Shown here: positions 1 through 13,600 of the stretch, in pieces | Position numbering within the stretch: position 1 is the first letter of the stretch | Layout of the letters: each line of letters begins with the position of its first letter | NCBI GenBank assembly: GCA_040954595.2 | Contig: CM082576.2 | Coordinates: 11,411,129-11,475,128 of the forward strand | From: Balanoglossus misakiensis | Lineage: Eukaryota > Animalia > Hemichordata | Reading direction: 5' to 3' | Length of the DNA: 64,000 bases | Made by a program: the position numbers and the translations under genes | The notes under the pieces: model-generated | Told to the model about the DNA's origin: nothing | Databases searched by the model: none | What the model saw: the letters and a program-made list of their open reading frames with translations, nothing else

Positions 1-462
1 TTATATTATTGCTGCATGTATAGGAACATTTTTTGTAAGCTTTCCTCAGTTGTTGGTCTGCCTTGCACCATAATAGTGAATCCATGTACAGTAATATTAA
101 ATCTTGCATGCGTCAGAACTGCATGGATCTTTATCGATGAAAAGGCCTGGAAGCGAAGAAACTGACCAGTGAGTCCGTATGCGTTCGTTCACGGTCAGGA
201 CCGATTTCATGAAAATACATGGGCTACTTATACACACGTACACGAGATGCGTCGTCTGCTATGCTATGATGTCATTATGTTCATTTCACGAGACCCGGGC
301 ATTATGGGAAATGTCTATTTTTCAATATGGCGTCTTGCGGCGTGTGATTGCTTCGATTTCCTGGCGGTGACTGCTCGGCGATGTAGTATATTCTGGATAG
401 GAACACGAAGGTAGCAGTTGTACGTTTAATGTTCAGATAATAACATTTTCACGAAAAGCGGA

Positions 463-2860
463 ATGGATGTCCCGATAATAGAGGTCGAACTTGAGCGGGG
501 TGAATCAGGTAAGTACACTGGCACTGGTACATGTACACGGTGGCAGAAACCGAAACGAAAGGAAAGCCCACCTATGTTAATTGTTCGTCGCACGCATTTC
601 TTATGAATTTTGTCATAATAGTGTTGATAGTAAGAATGTGTTTTTGATTAGTTGACGGCTGCCTTTAATGCATGTGGTAAGTTTCACATTTAGCTGCGTA
701 TCTATTCGTACATCGCCAGATCATCTACTTCAATGATACCCGTCTGACATCAAAGGTCGAAAATTAACGCACAGTCGAGATCGCGAGATAGGCTTCCGGT
801 CACCTCATTGATTCACGAACGCACTTCGCCATCGGCGTGGCAAGTGTACATTGGCGTAAAGTGAATATCAGCTATGGGGAAAGTATTTAGTCACAGTCGC
901 GTGAGGGCTGTGTCATAGGCGAGCGCCGTGTAAACGAACAACCCTCACGCGACTCTGTACATTTAGTGACAAGGCCCAAGTCGGTCAGTATTTTGAATTA
1001 CTCGTACTGATCAACAATCTGGGTACATGTACATGTATTTTGTTTAGAGGTTGTTGTATGCAAACTGACAACTATTTGTGTAATATGTATTTCTGGCTTT
1101 CCATATTCCGTGGCAGAAACAGTTCCTCCACAATGATGATGGAGGAGGGACTGTGGTCGTAATAATCAGCTTTTGACTGATGTCCTTTATGGCACTTAAA
1201 CTTTGACCCCTGAGTCCGATAGTCTAGACGATTATGAAAGATATGGAAACGGCAAAATATAGCATATGTAATGTCGTTAGGAAATGCATGCAACTGGCTG
1301 TGCTACCGGTCAATACTGTAGAAAGTTACAGTCCTCTGAAATTCCTATGTTGAAATGGAATACCCGGTAGATGGCTTTCTCTGTGTGGTAAAAGATGGCC
1401 AAAATATTACGTTAACTTTTCATATTTAACCAGATTGTCCAGATGTTACACCCTGTTATTTAGCAGTTGCATTTCAAGAACATATTCCAACTATCAAATT
1501 CATATTTTCTGAATTCCTTGATCGCATGGTAAAGCAGATGGTAAAGCAAATATAACAGTGAGTGATGGTCTAGATGTACAGACAATAAGCTTATCTTCAC
1601 AGCTGGTGCATTTAGGCATTGCATTATAGTACAACAACCGTAGAATCAGACTTTTTATCCTCATTACATTAGAGTGTACAGCTCTGGGTATTCTTTTTCC
1701 TGCCAGGTTTAGGCTTTAATATTCGTGGAGGAGTTGACCAGCCCTACAACAAGAATGACAATGGTATATTCATCACCAAGATCAGAGATGATGGTGCCGC
1801 AGCAGTCGATGGCAGACTACAGCTTGGGGATAAGATTCTCAAGGTATGTGCAAGTATCTCTATAAGGCTTGAAATATTTTTTTATCCCTTTTTATCCACC
1901 GAACAAGTCACCAAAAAAAATCTCTCAAAAATTGTGAAAATATGAAAATCATCCAAGACAAATGGTACACATTGTTAACGTTGCAGTTCCTATCTGAACC
2001 TTTCAGGCCACTATTTGCAGGAGTAATGCAATAAGCTCAAACTGGAGCTATGAATTTTGACATAAGTGTGATACATCATACAGTAGGCGACCTAGTGCTC
2101 GGAAGTTTGTGGAATTGCTGCAGACTGCATGGTTCAATTCGCTCTTTCAAATCTGATCTTTTTGATTCTGCTTTTTTCAGATAAATGGTACCAGTGTGGA
2201 AAATGTGGAGCATGATGTTGCTGTGGGGCTGTTTGTGAGTGCTGGAGACAAAGTCAGACTGGAAATCCACCCGGGTGCTGAGAGAGCAATAATGGTGAGT
2301 GATTCTGTCTTCCCATCATGGTCATGTGAAATGACCAAGCAACTTCTAAAGAGATGACATAACCATCTAAAGGTGACATGTGAGAGAGAGGGGGAGAGAG
2401 AGAGAGAGATCTAGGCGAGGGAGAGAGAGAGGGGGGGGGGACAGGCATGTAGGTGAGTGTGTGTGTGTGAGTGACTACAAAAACCAGCAAGTAAAGAATA
2501 TTTACGAACTGTCAGTTTCCACAAGTGGTCACATAGGACAACTGATTTGGCACCAGAAAGCACAACTAATGTGCTGCCACTGGTAAGACGTCAAGTTATG
2601 ATAGAAATGTGTGCTTGTTGACTGGAACAAAATCTTAAAGCAGTACAAGTGCAATAACCCTTTTCTTTTCCTTCCGGCAAAATCGTCTTATATTTCATGC
2701 GGAAATGTTGTCTATATTTTGACAGGAAATGAACGATAATGATGTGTTTGACGGCTCGCCACCCACGTCGGAACATTCTTTCAACAACTGGGCGACGTGG
2801 TCGATAGCCATTGGAGTACTTTTGACCGTAGGACTTTATTTCGGTCTGAAGAGTCGGTAG
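463..2860 (+). CDS. SYNJ2BP: Synaptojanin-2-binding protein / OMP25 (single PDZ domain + C-terminal tail anchor), 143 aa
   Basis: Exons 463-508, 1707-1843, 2181-2294, 2726-2860, all GT-AG and phase-compatible. Translation: [103 protein letters not shown]...[30 protein letters not shown] loop, GRLQxGDKIL motif and terminal TM helix with basic tail match OMP25. Confidence 0.93.
2382..2470. repeat. (GA)n, poly-G and (GT)n tract in SYNJ2BP intron 3
   Basis: Visible directly in the sequence. Confidence 0.85.
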
Positions 2861-5325
2861 CGGACTTTACAGAGAATACCAGCACCACAACCCCAGCCAC
2901 CTCCCACACCCGTTTGTACTTGTGCGGAATCCTTTCAAAGTTTCTGATTATACTTTATGAGGAAGATTTAATAATATATGAAATTTGGCAGTTGCTGTGA
3001 CTTGGGTGCATTCTGTTTTCTGTGATTTAGATGTTTAGAGTTGGAATAAGTGTATCGCGCATACATTATTACATGTGTGATTTTTCAAACGCACAAGTGC
3101 TTGCCCTCGATAAGCAACTGCGTTACTTCTACAAATCAGACAAATTTACAGAAAAATAACAAATTAATTAGCAATACTAAATCTAGATAGTTTAGGTATC
3201 TCATATGTAGTCAGAGTAATTTGAAGCACATAGGAACAACCTTCACATCATTAGAACAGAGCACATTTGACCTCAACCAACTGTACCCCTTTTGTAATAT
3301 CACTTACAATCAATGAATTGTCTCAAAATGTTAACCCACCATGATTTTTAAGATGCAAAGTGGCGTCACTGACAAGACTTTGATGAAGTTTTATTTTGTG
3401 TGAGAAGGTGAATCTATTTATTATAATACACGTACATGTACTACCCATATCAGAGTACTGTTTTGATCTCTAAATAAATAAATAAATAAAGGATAGTAAA
3501 CATATTTCTGCAATTTGTATAACGTCGTCGTGCCCTACCAATACTTCGGTTTATTGTGTCCAGCCTTCATGCTTGTGTAGCCATATCTCAAGACATGCCC
3601 AAACTAAATTGATGTCTAACTCTAATTTACATCATTACTGTACATGTATTACGAGCCATTACTCAAAGATACTATACTGGGACTACGGTATATTGATTTC
3701 CAGCTCTTGCAATTTACGTGATGAGTGGGACTGTGTTGACTGTTATCTGCCTACAAGCAGGATTAGGGATAGTGCTGACATGGAACAGGTCAACATGGCA
3801 CAATAGACCGAGTAATTATTCAAACTGTTGTCAAAAGTAGACATTTTGCCGCAGTATTGTTAATTACAGAGATTGTCTTTTCTAAAACAAATTTGCTGGT
3901 TTCTATGAAATACCAATATATTTTTGCCAAACTGAGACATGGTGTGATTTTAAAGTACAGCTTAAGGAGGCAGGCCGCACATTTTTATTGACTTTCGCGC
4001 ACATTCCAATACTTTGTGGATTTAATAAAGTCATCGTCTGTATTCTTATTATATTTGCATCATTATATCTTTTGACTGTGTCTGCAGAGAGACTGCTCGG
4101 AAGTTCTCAAGGCAGTGCTAATGAATGTGTCGCACTTGAAATTCAGTTCTGTGCATTTCAGATCTTCTTAATAAAAATTGTCTAAAGCTAACCATTTTCT
4201 GCGTCTCTGTGAGAGATTGTGGGAGTTTGGAATGTTCAAGCACAGTGTTGGATCACAGGGGATGCTCCTTTCGTGTTTTAGTGTGTATGTTCGTTGTTAT
4301 TGATTGGCATAATAAACAAACAAATGTTTGTTTGATTATTTTTTTATTAATAAATGTGGTCACGTGTGTTTGTTGGCATGTTAGAGTTAGGGTATATTCA
4401 ATGGTTAGGGTTGAAACTTATTCGCTTCACAACATCAATGTGCCTGGCACCATACTTTAGTTACCATTCGCGGCCCTCAGATGGCACCCTCCACTTGGCT
4501 ATCTACACAACATTCTCAAAAAGGTCTTTACTAGTAGGTCTCATTCATAGCCTTGAAAGTCGTTCATTTGATAAAAAAAATATTGTGACAATTATCTTAG
4601 TTAATTAAAGCTGTAAACTTTTTAATGGATCAGAACAATAGCTTTGAAAAAAAAGGTTTTATTCATTGCAGTCGTTTTCACTTGTCTACAGTGAGTAACC
4701 TGGGGCCAGGAGCAGCAGAAGTATAAAATCCCACATCTGGGTGTACAATGAACTATAAAAATAACAAGTTACATTTTAAAAAAATGGTGTTTGTATGACA
4801 AGTAATAAATAAAAGTTTTCGTGTGCAACAGAATTGATAATTGCATGGTAATCTTCCAACTGAACAGGACTGTTTATGACAGCGACTAAGCCAATGGTAG
4901 ATAACTAAGGATGTTACATACAAAAGAGGTACGACTATGGAAGGGACAATTTCATCCCTCACTTCAATTTTATTTCTAGTGGCAGCATCTTTCAACAATC
5001 ACGTTTCATGGTGATGTTGCAAGTGACAGCATCTCAAGAGGAATGAAATGTCTGTGGATTTGCTTTTTGATATTTGATACCATTACAAAAAAGATCCTCA
5101 AATAATTTTAAAAAATCCCAAAATGATGTGGTTAAAAATACCTTTAATTCCAGGGAGAGGAAGAAGGATGTGAAATATAAAATTCTGCTTTGAGGTCTGT
5201 AAGCAAGATACAAAAGCCCCTTCAATGTGAAGCATTCAAACAGGCCTATTTACAGCTGAAAATTGCATATAAAAATGAATGACATACATAAATATATCTG
5301 AAAATATTTTTTTCCTCGCAAATTA

Positions 5326-8300
5326 CTACGTTGATTTTGCACCTAGCCTGCTAAATACTCCTGAGGCACCAGATTTCTTTACATTGGCAGTTTTACGAAC
5401 GGTAACTGATTGACCGGCTGACTTCTTGGGCACTGCTGTACCACTCGCCCTCACGATCTTCTTTGCCGTCGTTTTCTTGCCGACTAATCTCACGGTTGTC
5501 GACGACGTTGTTGAGGTCGCTTCGGCTTTTTGAGTTCCCAGTCTTGCCCTCACTCCCGCAGGCTTAGTTTTTGTCACAACGGGAGTCGTGGCTACCGTTT
5601 GAGTCTCTGTCTGATAGATGGGCAGGCCTAGCCTCCCCAGGACAGCACCGGTAGCTTTGCCCTTTCTCGGCGCTTGCTTCGCCGCGCCGAGATGCGCTGC
5701 AGCCGCGGTTCTCTTGAGAGGCACCGCGGCCGTTTTCGTCTGCGTACCCAAACGTTTCACCACACCGCTGCCCTTTTTCAGGGTGATTTTCTGACCGCTT
5801 GTACTCGTAGCGACGGCTTTGCTCGCGCCGAGTCTCTCTCTGATGTTTGTTATCTGCACTGAAATCGATTTGTGTGCAGGTTTCGCCGCGGTGATTTCGC
5901 TCGTCGACGATGCCTCGGCTTTCTGAGGCCCGAGACGCTCCTGCACGCTCGTCTTTGCGGCCGTGTTTGCTATCGTCCTGACGATTTTGACGGTTGAGGG
6001 AGAACTCGAAGAGACTTCCGATTTGCCGGGGCTGACCCTCGACGCCAAGGGTACCACCGTCTTCTGCGGACCGAGTCTGTCCAGCACGCTCTTCTTGCTG
6101 ATCGCTCGCTCTGGCTTCGCAGAAGACTTGGACACCCCCGCTTTGATCCCAAGGCGATCCTGTACGTTGACAAGTTTTTCACTGCCTAGTGTAATTGTGA
6201 CTTTCTGCTGCTTGGGTTTCTTGGGTTCGGCTCCCGCTTTTAACACACCCGCATATTCCAACACAGACCCATCGTCAGAGGAAAGCGATATTGTTTTCTG
6301 CCTTTTCATTCCTCCTAACCTTCTGAACACGGAACTGGAATCCTGAGGGAGACGGCAAACAGAAACAAAGTGTTAGATTTATACTTTTTAGAATGCGATG
6401 ACAGTGACAATTTTCGACCCTGGTCAAAGCAATTACAATACAATAAATCCCTTTAATTTGGTCATGCAAGCAAGTTACACCTACACACCCTCCTTATAAA
6501 ACAAGAAATTGTCTGTTATTTAAACAATTGAAACAGAGATGACAGCCTACCTCATTTTTACTGACGTCACCCGTACCAATTTGAGAATCACTTTTAACTC
6601 TCTTGAGTCCTTTATTTCCGTTGTTGCCAGCTGCTCCTCCAAGCCTAGCAAACACTGATTTCTTTGAATCACCCTCTGTGACACCTGTGTGGATAAAACA
6701 TCACATCACTATGGAAATGTGGATTGACTGAAATCATTGATGCTGTTTTTGCATCATCATGACCATGATCATGATCACCATGATAATAATCATCATCATC
6801 ATCATCATTCATTGTAATAAATTGCGCCAACTGAAATGACAACATGCTATGTGTCAATGTTTGAATCCCAGTGAAATTATAATTAGACAGTGCTTCACTC
6901 CATATACCAGCATTACACATTTGGCATTGGCAAGATGAATCCACGATATTTATTCATGGCTTGACTTTCCAGCATCGCTAACTGACACTTGTGATAGGTG
7001 AGCTCCCAGGGAAGAGCGCCCCCAACCAAAAGAAGTTCTGTATTTCATCGAGACAGTTGAACAACACTAACCTGGCTGTTCTGGATCGGGTTCAGGCGCG
7101 AGTTTTCGGGGTTTCTTCACTGGCTTTACTTCAACCTGCTTGATTTGAGACACATCTAGTACTGCTTTGGATCCTGTAAAATGCAAAATAAACATAACTT
7201 AAAACAAAGGAACACAATTAAAGTTTCTCTGGATACATGAGGCAGAGTTGAATGTGTAGTGACCGATGGTACCGTATCGAAATGAGAGTGCAAGAAGATT
7301 ACAGAGTAGTGCTTTGGGTGCTGTACATCAAACTGACCTGTCTTAGGTACTGCTCCAAGTCTAGTCGCCATCTCAGTACTGACTTTAACTTTAGGCTCTG
7401 GGTCAACATTAATGCCCTCTTTGCGCAAGAAATGTTCCAGCATACGACTGCCCGCTACAAGTGAAAATCAGCCACACTATGGATTACACTTAAAGCGACC
7501 ACTTGATAATGAGTTGGTACTCATTTCATGTTGACATGATGAACAGGCACGTGATTTACAACAAGCATGCAAGGCATGACAAAAGCATATGACATGAACT
7601 GCAGAATGCAGGGAAACTACATTCAAGAACCTCCACTCCCATGAAGCTAATTCAGGGCACACTGACAGGAACGTGAAAATCTACTGGTAAAATTCTGAAA
7701 AGCTTGACTAGTTCAAAAATGCCCCTGGTAATATACACATTTGTCCATGTCAGACAATGTTTTAGTGAAGCCTACTTGTATGATGTGTGGTAGCATAGGC
7801 AGTTATTGAAGCCTGAAAGAAACTGCATATTACAATACAAACCTGTTGGTATCCTTCAAACTGGTTCAAAATAATTACAGCAGGATTATGTATTGATATT
7901 ACCGTTACATTTATACTTACGTGTTGTTTGTCTCTTGATTTCTACCTTGCCATCTGACGCTACTGGCAGAGCTGATAGCGCCGGCTTTTCCCGCTCCTCC
8001 TGCAAGATGGAACAGGCTATTTTACTGTTTGCTATTTAGAAAATACCCAAAGCGAAAAACCTTGAATTAAGCAGGCACACAATTATTTCATCACCGTTTT
8101 TCAAGGGAGGAAGGTGTTGGGGCGAATATGCAATAATCTAAGTTAGTGGGTGCATTGTCAGTAAACCATTGGGCCTGGTCTTGCCAGGGCTGTTTGTTTT
8201 AGTTTCTGGTTCTAGGAATCTATCCGGGCAACTTTTCCAGTTTACTCACCCTGGCATGGACACTCTTGCTGTGTTTCAGGATACTGATGATGTCTCCCAT

Positions 8301-9200
8301 GACAGATATTCCCATATCTCTGAGGTACTCCTTGGTCAGGTCTATCAGCATGCCTCGTTTGATTCTGTTGTCAATGAAGGTCACTGCATAGGTCGACGCC
8401 GGGCCAGGGGGAATCCCTGCCCCAGTGAAGAACTTGATCCACTCCGACATATCTGCAATGAATGAAAAAAATCACACACAGATTATGACAATATCTACAT
8501 GCAAGTCATGTGTGTTAATAATACCTGCTGGCCATCTTTTCTCTCATAGCAATTTATGAAGTGAAGACTTTTCTGTGACGTCAACAATGCTCATCATTCA
8601 TAGTAGAATGAGGACAAGCAACTGTCCTGTGGAATTTTGTTTAATTATTTCTTAAACGATAATGGGAAATTGCCCATATATAATAGTGTGAACAAATTAG
8701 GTTGCTGACTGGCAACATACGCCGAATTCCAAACAGATGACCCTACCACATTTTATGTCATCTACAAATGGGATCGTGATCGGATAAAGTTCTCTAGTAG
8801 GATTGTAGGAATGTGCCTTTGGGTGCCAAAGGGTTTTGAGTTAACATGTGGTGCACTGATTTTTGTGTAAAATGAAAATAACCTCGTCATCTCGAACAGT
8901 AGCACGAGAGCAATCCTTTATGGAGCTCGAATATTCATCAATACTTGGAATTCAACAGTAAACTTCTGTAGACGTTCACAAGTTCTCAACATTGAACATG
9001 TATGTACACACAACTTCTATGTTATTCACAGAAATGGTTGATATAATGCGCGTGTATGTTTCGGGATTGGGGATCAGATGTTCTACGGCTGTATTTATTT
9101 CATAAACGACTGGTTACACACCGTGGAAAACAAACGGTTAATCGCTTCTCTGCACATATGCCGGTAAATAATGCATTCACTAACCTTTGCTTTCGGCCAT
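5326..9200 (-). CDS. C19orf47: C19orf47 homolog (N-terminal SAM-like domain, basic low-complexity tail with RLG repeats), 555 aa
   Basis: Exons 9185-9200, 8250-8452, 7921-7999, 7338-7454, 7072-7173, 6551-6684, 5326-6342, all GT-AG and in phase. MSEWIKFFTGAGIPPGPASTYAVTFIDNRI...MGDIISILKH matches the recalled C19orf47 N-terminus (SEWIQFFKEAGIPPGPA...GDIIAILKH); SVFxRLG and SVLEYAGVLK motifs also present. Confidence 0.9.
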
Positions 9201-9363
9201 TTTGTCAGCTCGGCGACGCGTCGTTCAAGCCTCGCGAGATTATCGTACAGGGTCAGAGGTCACGCAGTTATGGCGGCTCCCTTGAAAACAGCAAGACTGT
9301 GGTGAATAGAAGTCTGTGGGCATAATTTGCAACCAGCCCATCTATCTACATGTATATAGAAAT
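9201..9363. promoter_or_regulatory. Compact bidirectional promoter between C19orf47 and the profilin-like gene
   Basis: Divergent ATGs at 9200 (-) and 9364 (+); CpG-rich; CTCGCGAGA (BANP/CGCG-like) at 9231-9239; YY1-like AAnATGGC context overlaps both start codons. Confidence 0.7.
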
Positions 9364-10687
9364 ATGGCGGCTAGTTCATCTCCAAATTGGGACCAATTTA
9401 TCAATGGTTAGCATGCCAATATCATGTCGAGTCAAGCGAGAGTCACAGTCGCAGTCCCAGGCTCTGGGATCATTCATGTGCGTAGTTGATGAAAGGTCAA
9501 GAGAGGTCATCGCGGGGTGTGATTTCTGTTTTACGTGTACCCATAGAGTCTATGGATTGGTGTACCGTAATGGTGCTTTATTCTTCGAAGTGAACGAGAA
9601 AATGATTCTTGTAATTCATTGTTCATACAGCTACACCACCACACAGGCCACAGTCCCTCTATCCCTGTAATAGAGGGATGTGCACAGGCCAATAAGACAT
9701 TATTTGCAAATGTTACGAGCCCATTGCCACAGTTATACTAATTCTAGCTTTTTTGAATGTATCATCAGTATGCATTGACTTGTACCATCTTTCTGTCATT
9801 GTAAATGATATGTTTCTTGTTTCTCGTGTCAGAAAATTTGATTCAGCATGGTATTGTCAATGGAGCAGCACTGATTACCAGACACTGCAACAAGTGTGTA
9901 TATTCCTATGGCAGTTTACAGGATGTAGAAGAAGTAGGTTGCAGTGAAAGAATTCAACAGCATTTCTTGTCCTGGAAACCCAAATTGGGTTGTGTAGTAA
10001 ATAAATAATTTTATAATATTTAAAAAAAAATTGGATTTTGCTCAAATTGCTATTGTCAATATGAACCAAATTAACTTAAAAAATAACACTTACCACATTC
10101 ATGGGATCATTAACATGTTCATTTTGCAAACTTTTAATGAACAGGAGAGTTGGGCACAGTTTGGGAACCTGTTTCTATCACTGTCACCTGAACAGGACCA
10201 ACCATTATTTGCCAGGGGATTCCACTTTCAAGTGGATGAGGAGACGAAAAACTTTAAAATTTTCAAGAAAACAAGCTGCAGGTGAGTATTTTAGTGAATG
10301 CTGAGTATAGCCTTTAAGAATTGGTATCCAAGAGCAAATAAACATGAATAGGTCAATTAATGGTATATATCCTTGAAAAATAGTTTGTAAAAGTGAGTAT
10401 TATGTACTCCCATTTGGTAAATGTACAAGTGTGGAGCTGTTTTTTATTTGAAATTGACACCATATAAATCTGATCACTTGAATACGCAAATGGGAGCATA
10501 GTGTCCCTGACACTATTTTTCTGTCTTTTTTCCCCCCAGTATTTACGCGACGTCTGAGGGAAACCGGCTCGGGCTGATAGTCTGCAATCTGCCGTATGGA
10601 GTTTTGATTTGTACCTATGGACTGCCACATACTGCCAGTGTGGCCGTCAAACACGTGGAAGGGTTCTGTGACTTACTGAGGGCGTGA
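9364..10687 (+). CDS. Divergent profilin-like protein, 142 aa
   Basis: Exons 9364-9406, 9833-9933, 10145-10281, 10540-10687, GT-AG and in phase; AATAAA at 10941. MAASSSPNWDQFINENLIQHGIVNGAALITR...SIYATSEGNRLGLIVCNLPYGVLICTYGLPHTASVAVKHVEGFCDLLRA*. Size, the N-terminal WxxFIxxxL...GxVxxAAL pattern and the C-terminal strands plus AVxxVExxxDxL helix resemble profilins. Confidence 0.72.
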
Positions 10688-13600
10688 TTGTGGCATGTGT
10701 TGAAGAATGGCAGAGATCACATGGCTGATGAACTCTGATGAACTCCGAGAGAACAGGGCGTGTTGTCATGGTGAAGAAGCATTTTTGAAGCAATGTGTTT
10801 TCCAGGAAAATTGATTTTCTCTTTGCCCGATTTAGTTGGACAAAAACAACAACGACAACACCAGAGTAGCTTTTCAAGTGTATTTATTTAAAATGTACTT
10901 TCAGTAACGCTGAGACAAGTTAACATTTAAAAATACATTCAATAAATATACATATTCTTCCAGTATACATCTACATGGTCTGATCATATAATTGCATTTA
11001 TGAGAAAAAGTCAAGTCAAGTGCGTGAGTTTCATGTCTTACTGTAGAAAGGCCATTTAGGGGCCATGTTAGTTATTCTCGGAGCCACAACTGTCACAGTG
11101 TTCATACAGAAACATCTTTTCCAGTAAATGAACGAGCTGTGAATTCTGCAACAGAAAGTGCAATCAATGAATACGCCAGCTTTCACAGATGAACACCACA
11201 ACAGCTTCAGTCGCAGCGTAAATATGGACTTATTCGTGAACTGGGTCACAACTGTCGCTTAGTTGAGGGACTTCCGACGGCATAAAGGATCTGTAGTACA
11301 TGTACTTGCAATGCAATGCTGTCTGGAAGACTACAGCTGATGGAAATTGCAGGACAAAGCAATAAACCATGTGTACTCTAGATCAGAACCTCTTTCTTAA
11401 TCCTTCATTTTTTACACTATTAAAGTGCACAGAACTACACATTGAAAATAATTTCTTCCCCAAACCCAGAATACACCATATGCATTATTTTTTATGAGAA
11501 AAGTTTGCACAGTATGTAGGGCAATTTCAAGCAAATATGACAAAAAACATGGGAGATGGGTTGTACTACTACTACGGAAGAGGGGTGTACTTTTTGTACA
11601 TCACAAGCAGACTGAGTAGCAGGGCACAATGCTGTGCAGTCAAAACTTATATTCATCACAATTCTTGAAATAAATCCTATACATTTACACTACAGTAATG
11701 TAATCTGCCTAATTTATACAGAAAAATTATATTTCCCCAACCTAATCCTCTGATCAAAAAGACTAAACAGTATGAAAAAAAATATCTTACAACACAGATG
11801 AATTCCACACATGAACACAACATCAGCCATCCTATTAATAATTTTCTCCAAATTCCACCTTCCCGTGAGTTGTCTTACCACTTACAACAGCAGACTACTA
11901 TTTGATGAAATAATATTGACAATTTTTTTGCATAAAAGTCGCCATTTAACAAAATCAGAACAAAAAACAGAACACTGGTTTAAAACAGCGGCTTCATTAG
12001 TCGTCTGCAGTAAAATCTATGTCATCTGTAATCTTCACAGATAGAATGGGTTAATCTGTCCTTATCAGCCAATTCTGCTGATCTAGAACACCCAAATAAT
12101 GTGAAGCACTGTAATCACCGTTTTGAATGTGGTCAAAGATTGTCTAAAATGCACTGACAAATAAAACAAACCACAAATGAATTTGATTCAAGTATCTTAC
12201 ATTTATAATTATTTTAATTACATTTACATTTTCTGCATTTCACTTAAGTTTAATTTACTACATTTAAAGTAGGCATTACATTTGTGAAGGCTTAATTTAT
12301 TGAGGTTACATACCACTATATGAGTTGAGACTCAAGCATCAGCAGGCATCTTTGCCGGCTTGCATTAAACAAAATCATGAAACACTTCTACGAGAAAAAG
12401 AGATTAAAAGCTTGGAAAATTACGGGCAACAGAATAAATGTCACCACTCTACGGTAATCGATCTATGATACATTCTGAGAGCTTCAATATGGGACATTAC
12501 TGACTGGCTTGAATAGCACATACTACATGTGTAAATACTAGTAGATTTTTTTTATTTCAAGGTTTTTTAAAAGGCAGAAAAATGCAGTTGAGAAAGGGCT
12601 GCTGTGTAGTACAAAAATATAGCAAAATATATACACTACATGTCCATCACGTTTGTATGTAAGTTTCACAAAATCATGAGTCTTACCACTCAAAAGGTTC
12701 ATTCTGGCCAAGGTTTTCATAAACTGCACTGATGCAACAACTTGGTGGCAGAAAATGTACATTGATTTTGTACTAAAGGTTTTGCCAGAAGTATAATGAA
12801 ACTTTTTTTCAGAGAAAAGTTGGAATTCTTCTGTACAAATGAGTGGTAACAGTAACTTGAGTTATTCCATATCTGTGTATTTATAATTTAATTTTTGACA
12901 TTTTTAGCAATTTGAAACACCAGTTATCTGGTCCATGAACGGATTTCATCACTCTCAGAATGGTTGTACCTGACATCTTGTTATAAAATGTTCATTTAAA
13001 AATTAATTATCCACAAAAAAAAAAAAACATACACCATGTACACAGTGCCTTTACTTCAACTTTCACAAAACTGCGGTGACATTCTGAACTCAAAAAAAAA
13101 AAAAAAACACTTTTTCTTCAATAATGATATTTCTTCAAATCCTGTTTTGGTTAAATAGTGAGGCTATCCGAATGGTGTTCTAGAGGTGGATTCTGTGACT
13201 CAAGAAGGAGGCAGGGTTTCATTGCACATAAATCCCAGCGCAAGAAAACACCCTTCCCTGTTCCCTTGACTTATTCGTTATTGGATGAGTCGAATTTGAC
13301 AGACTGGAAGACTATTGAATTTCAGTATGGTGTGTGGTATAACAATCTCCTCTTAATTAACCAGGAGTGGGTATTATCCTTAAAAATCAGTGTTTCTTGC
13401 AAATGGCACCCTAAGAATTCTGATCATGTGGAGTTCCCTTTCACTGTTGTGAGGATGCTTCTTATGGGAGTCTCGTCGGTGGCTAAGGTTTATTTAAGGT
13501 GGAATGACCAGCAAATTGCATTGCCAGTGGCAGTATACGTTACAGTCGCATTTTTTGATCAAAACTGAAATTAGGCAGGTCACTGCAAATTAAATTCTTC

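Noticed and set aside
5674-6346. Antisense/alternative-frame ORFs over the C19orf47 terminal exon
   Set aside because: Shadow frames of a real coding exon.
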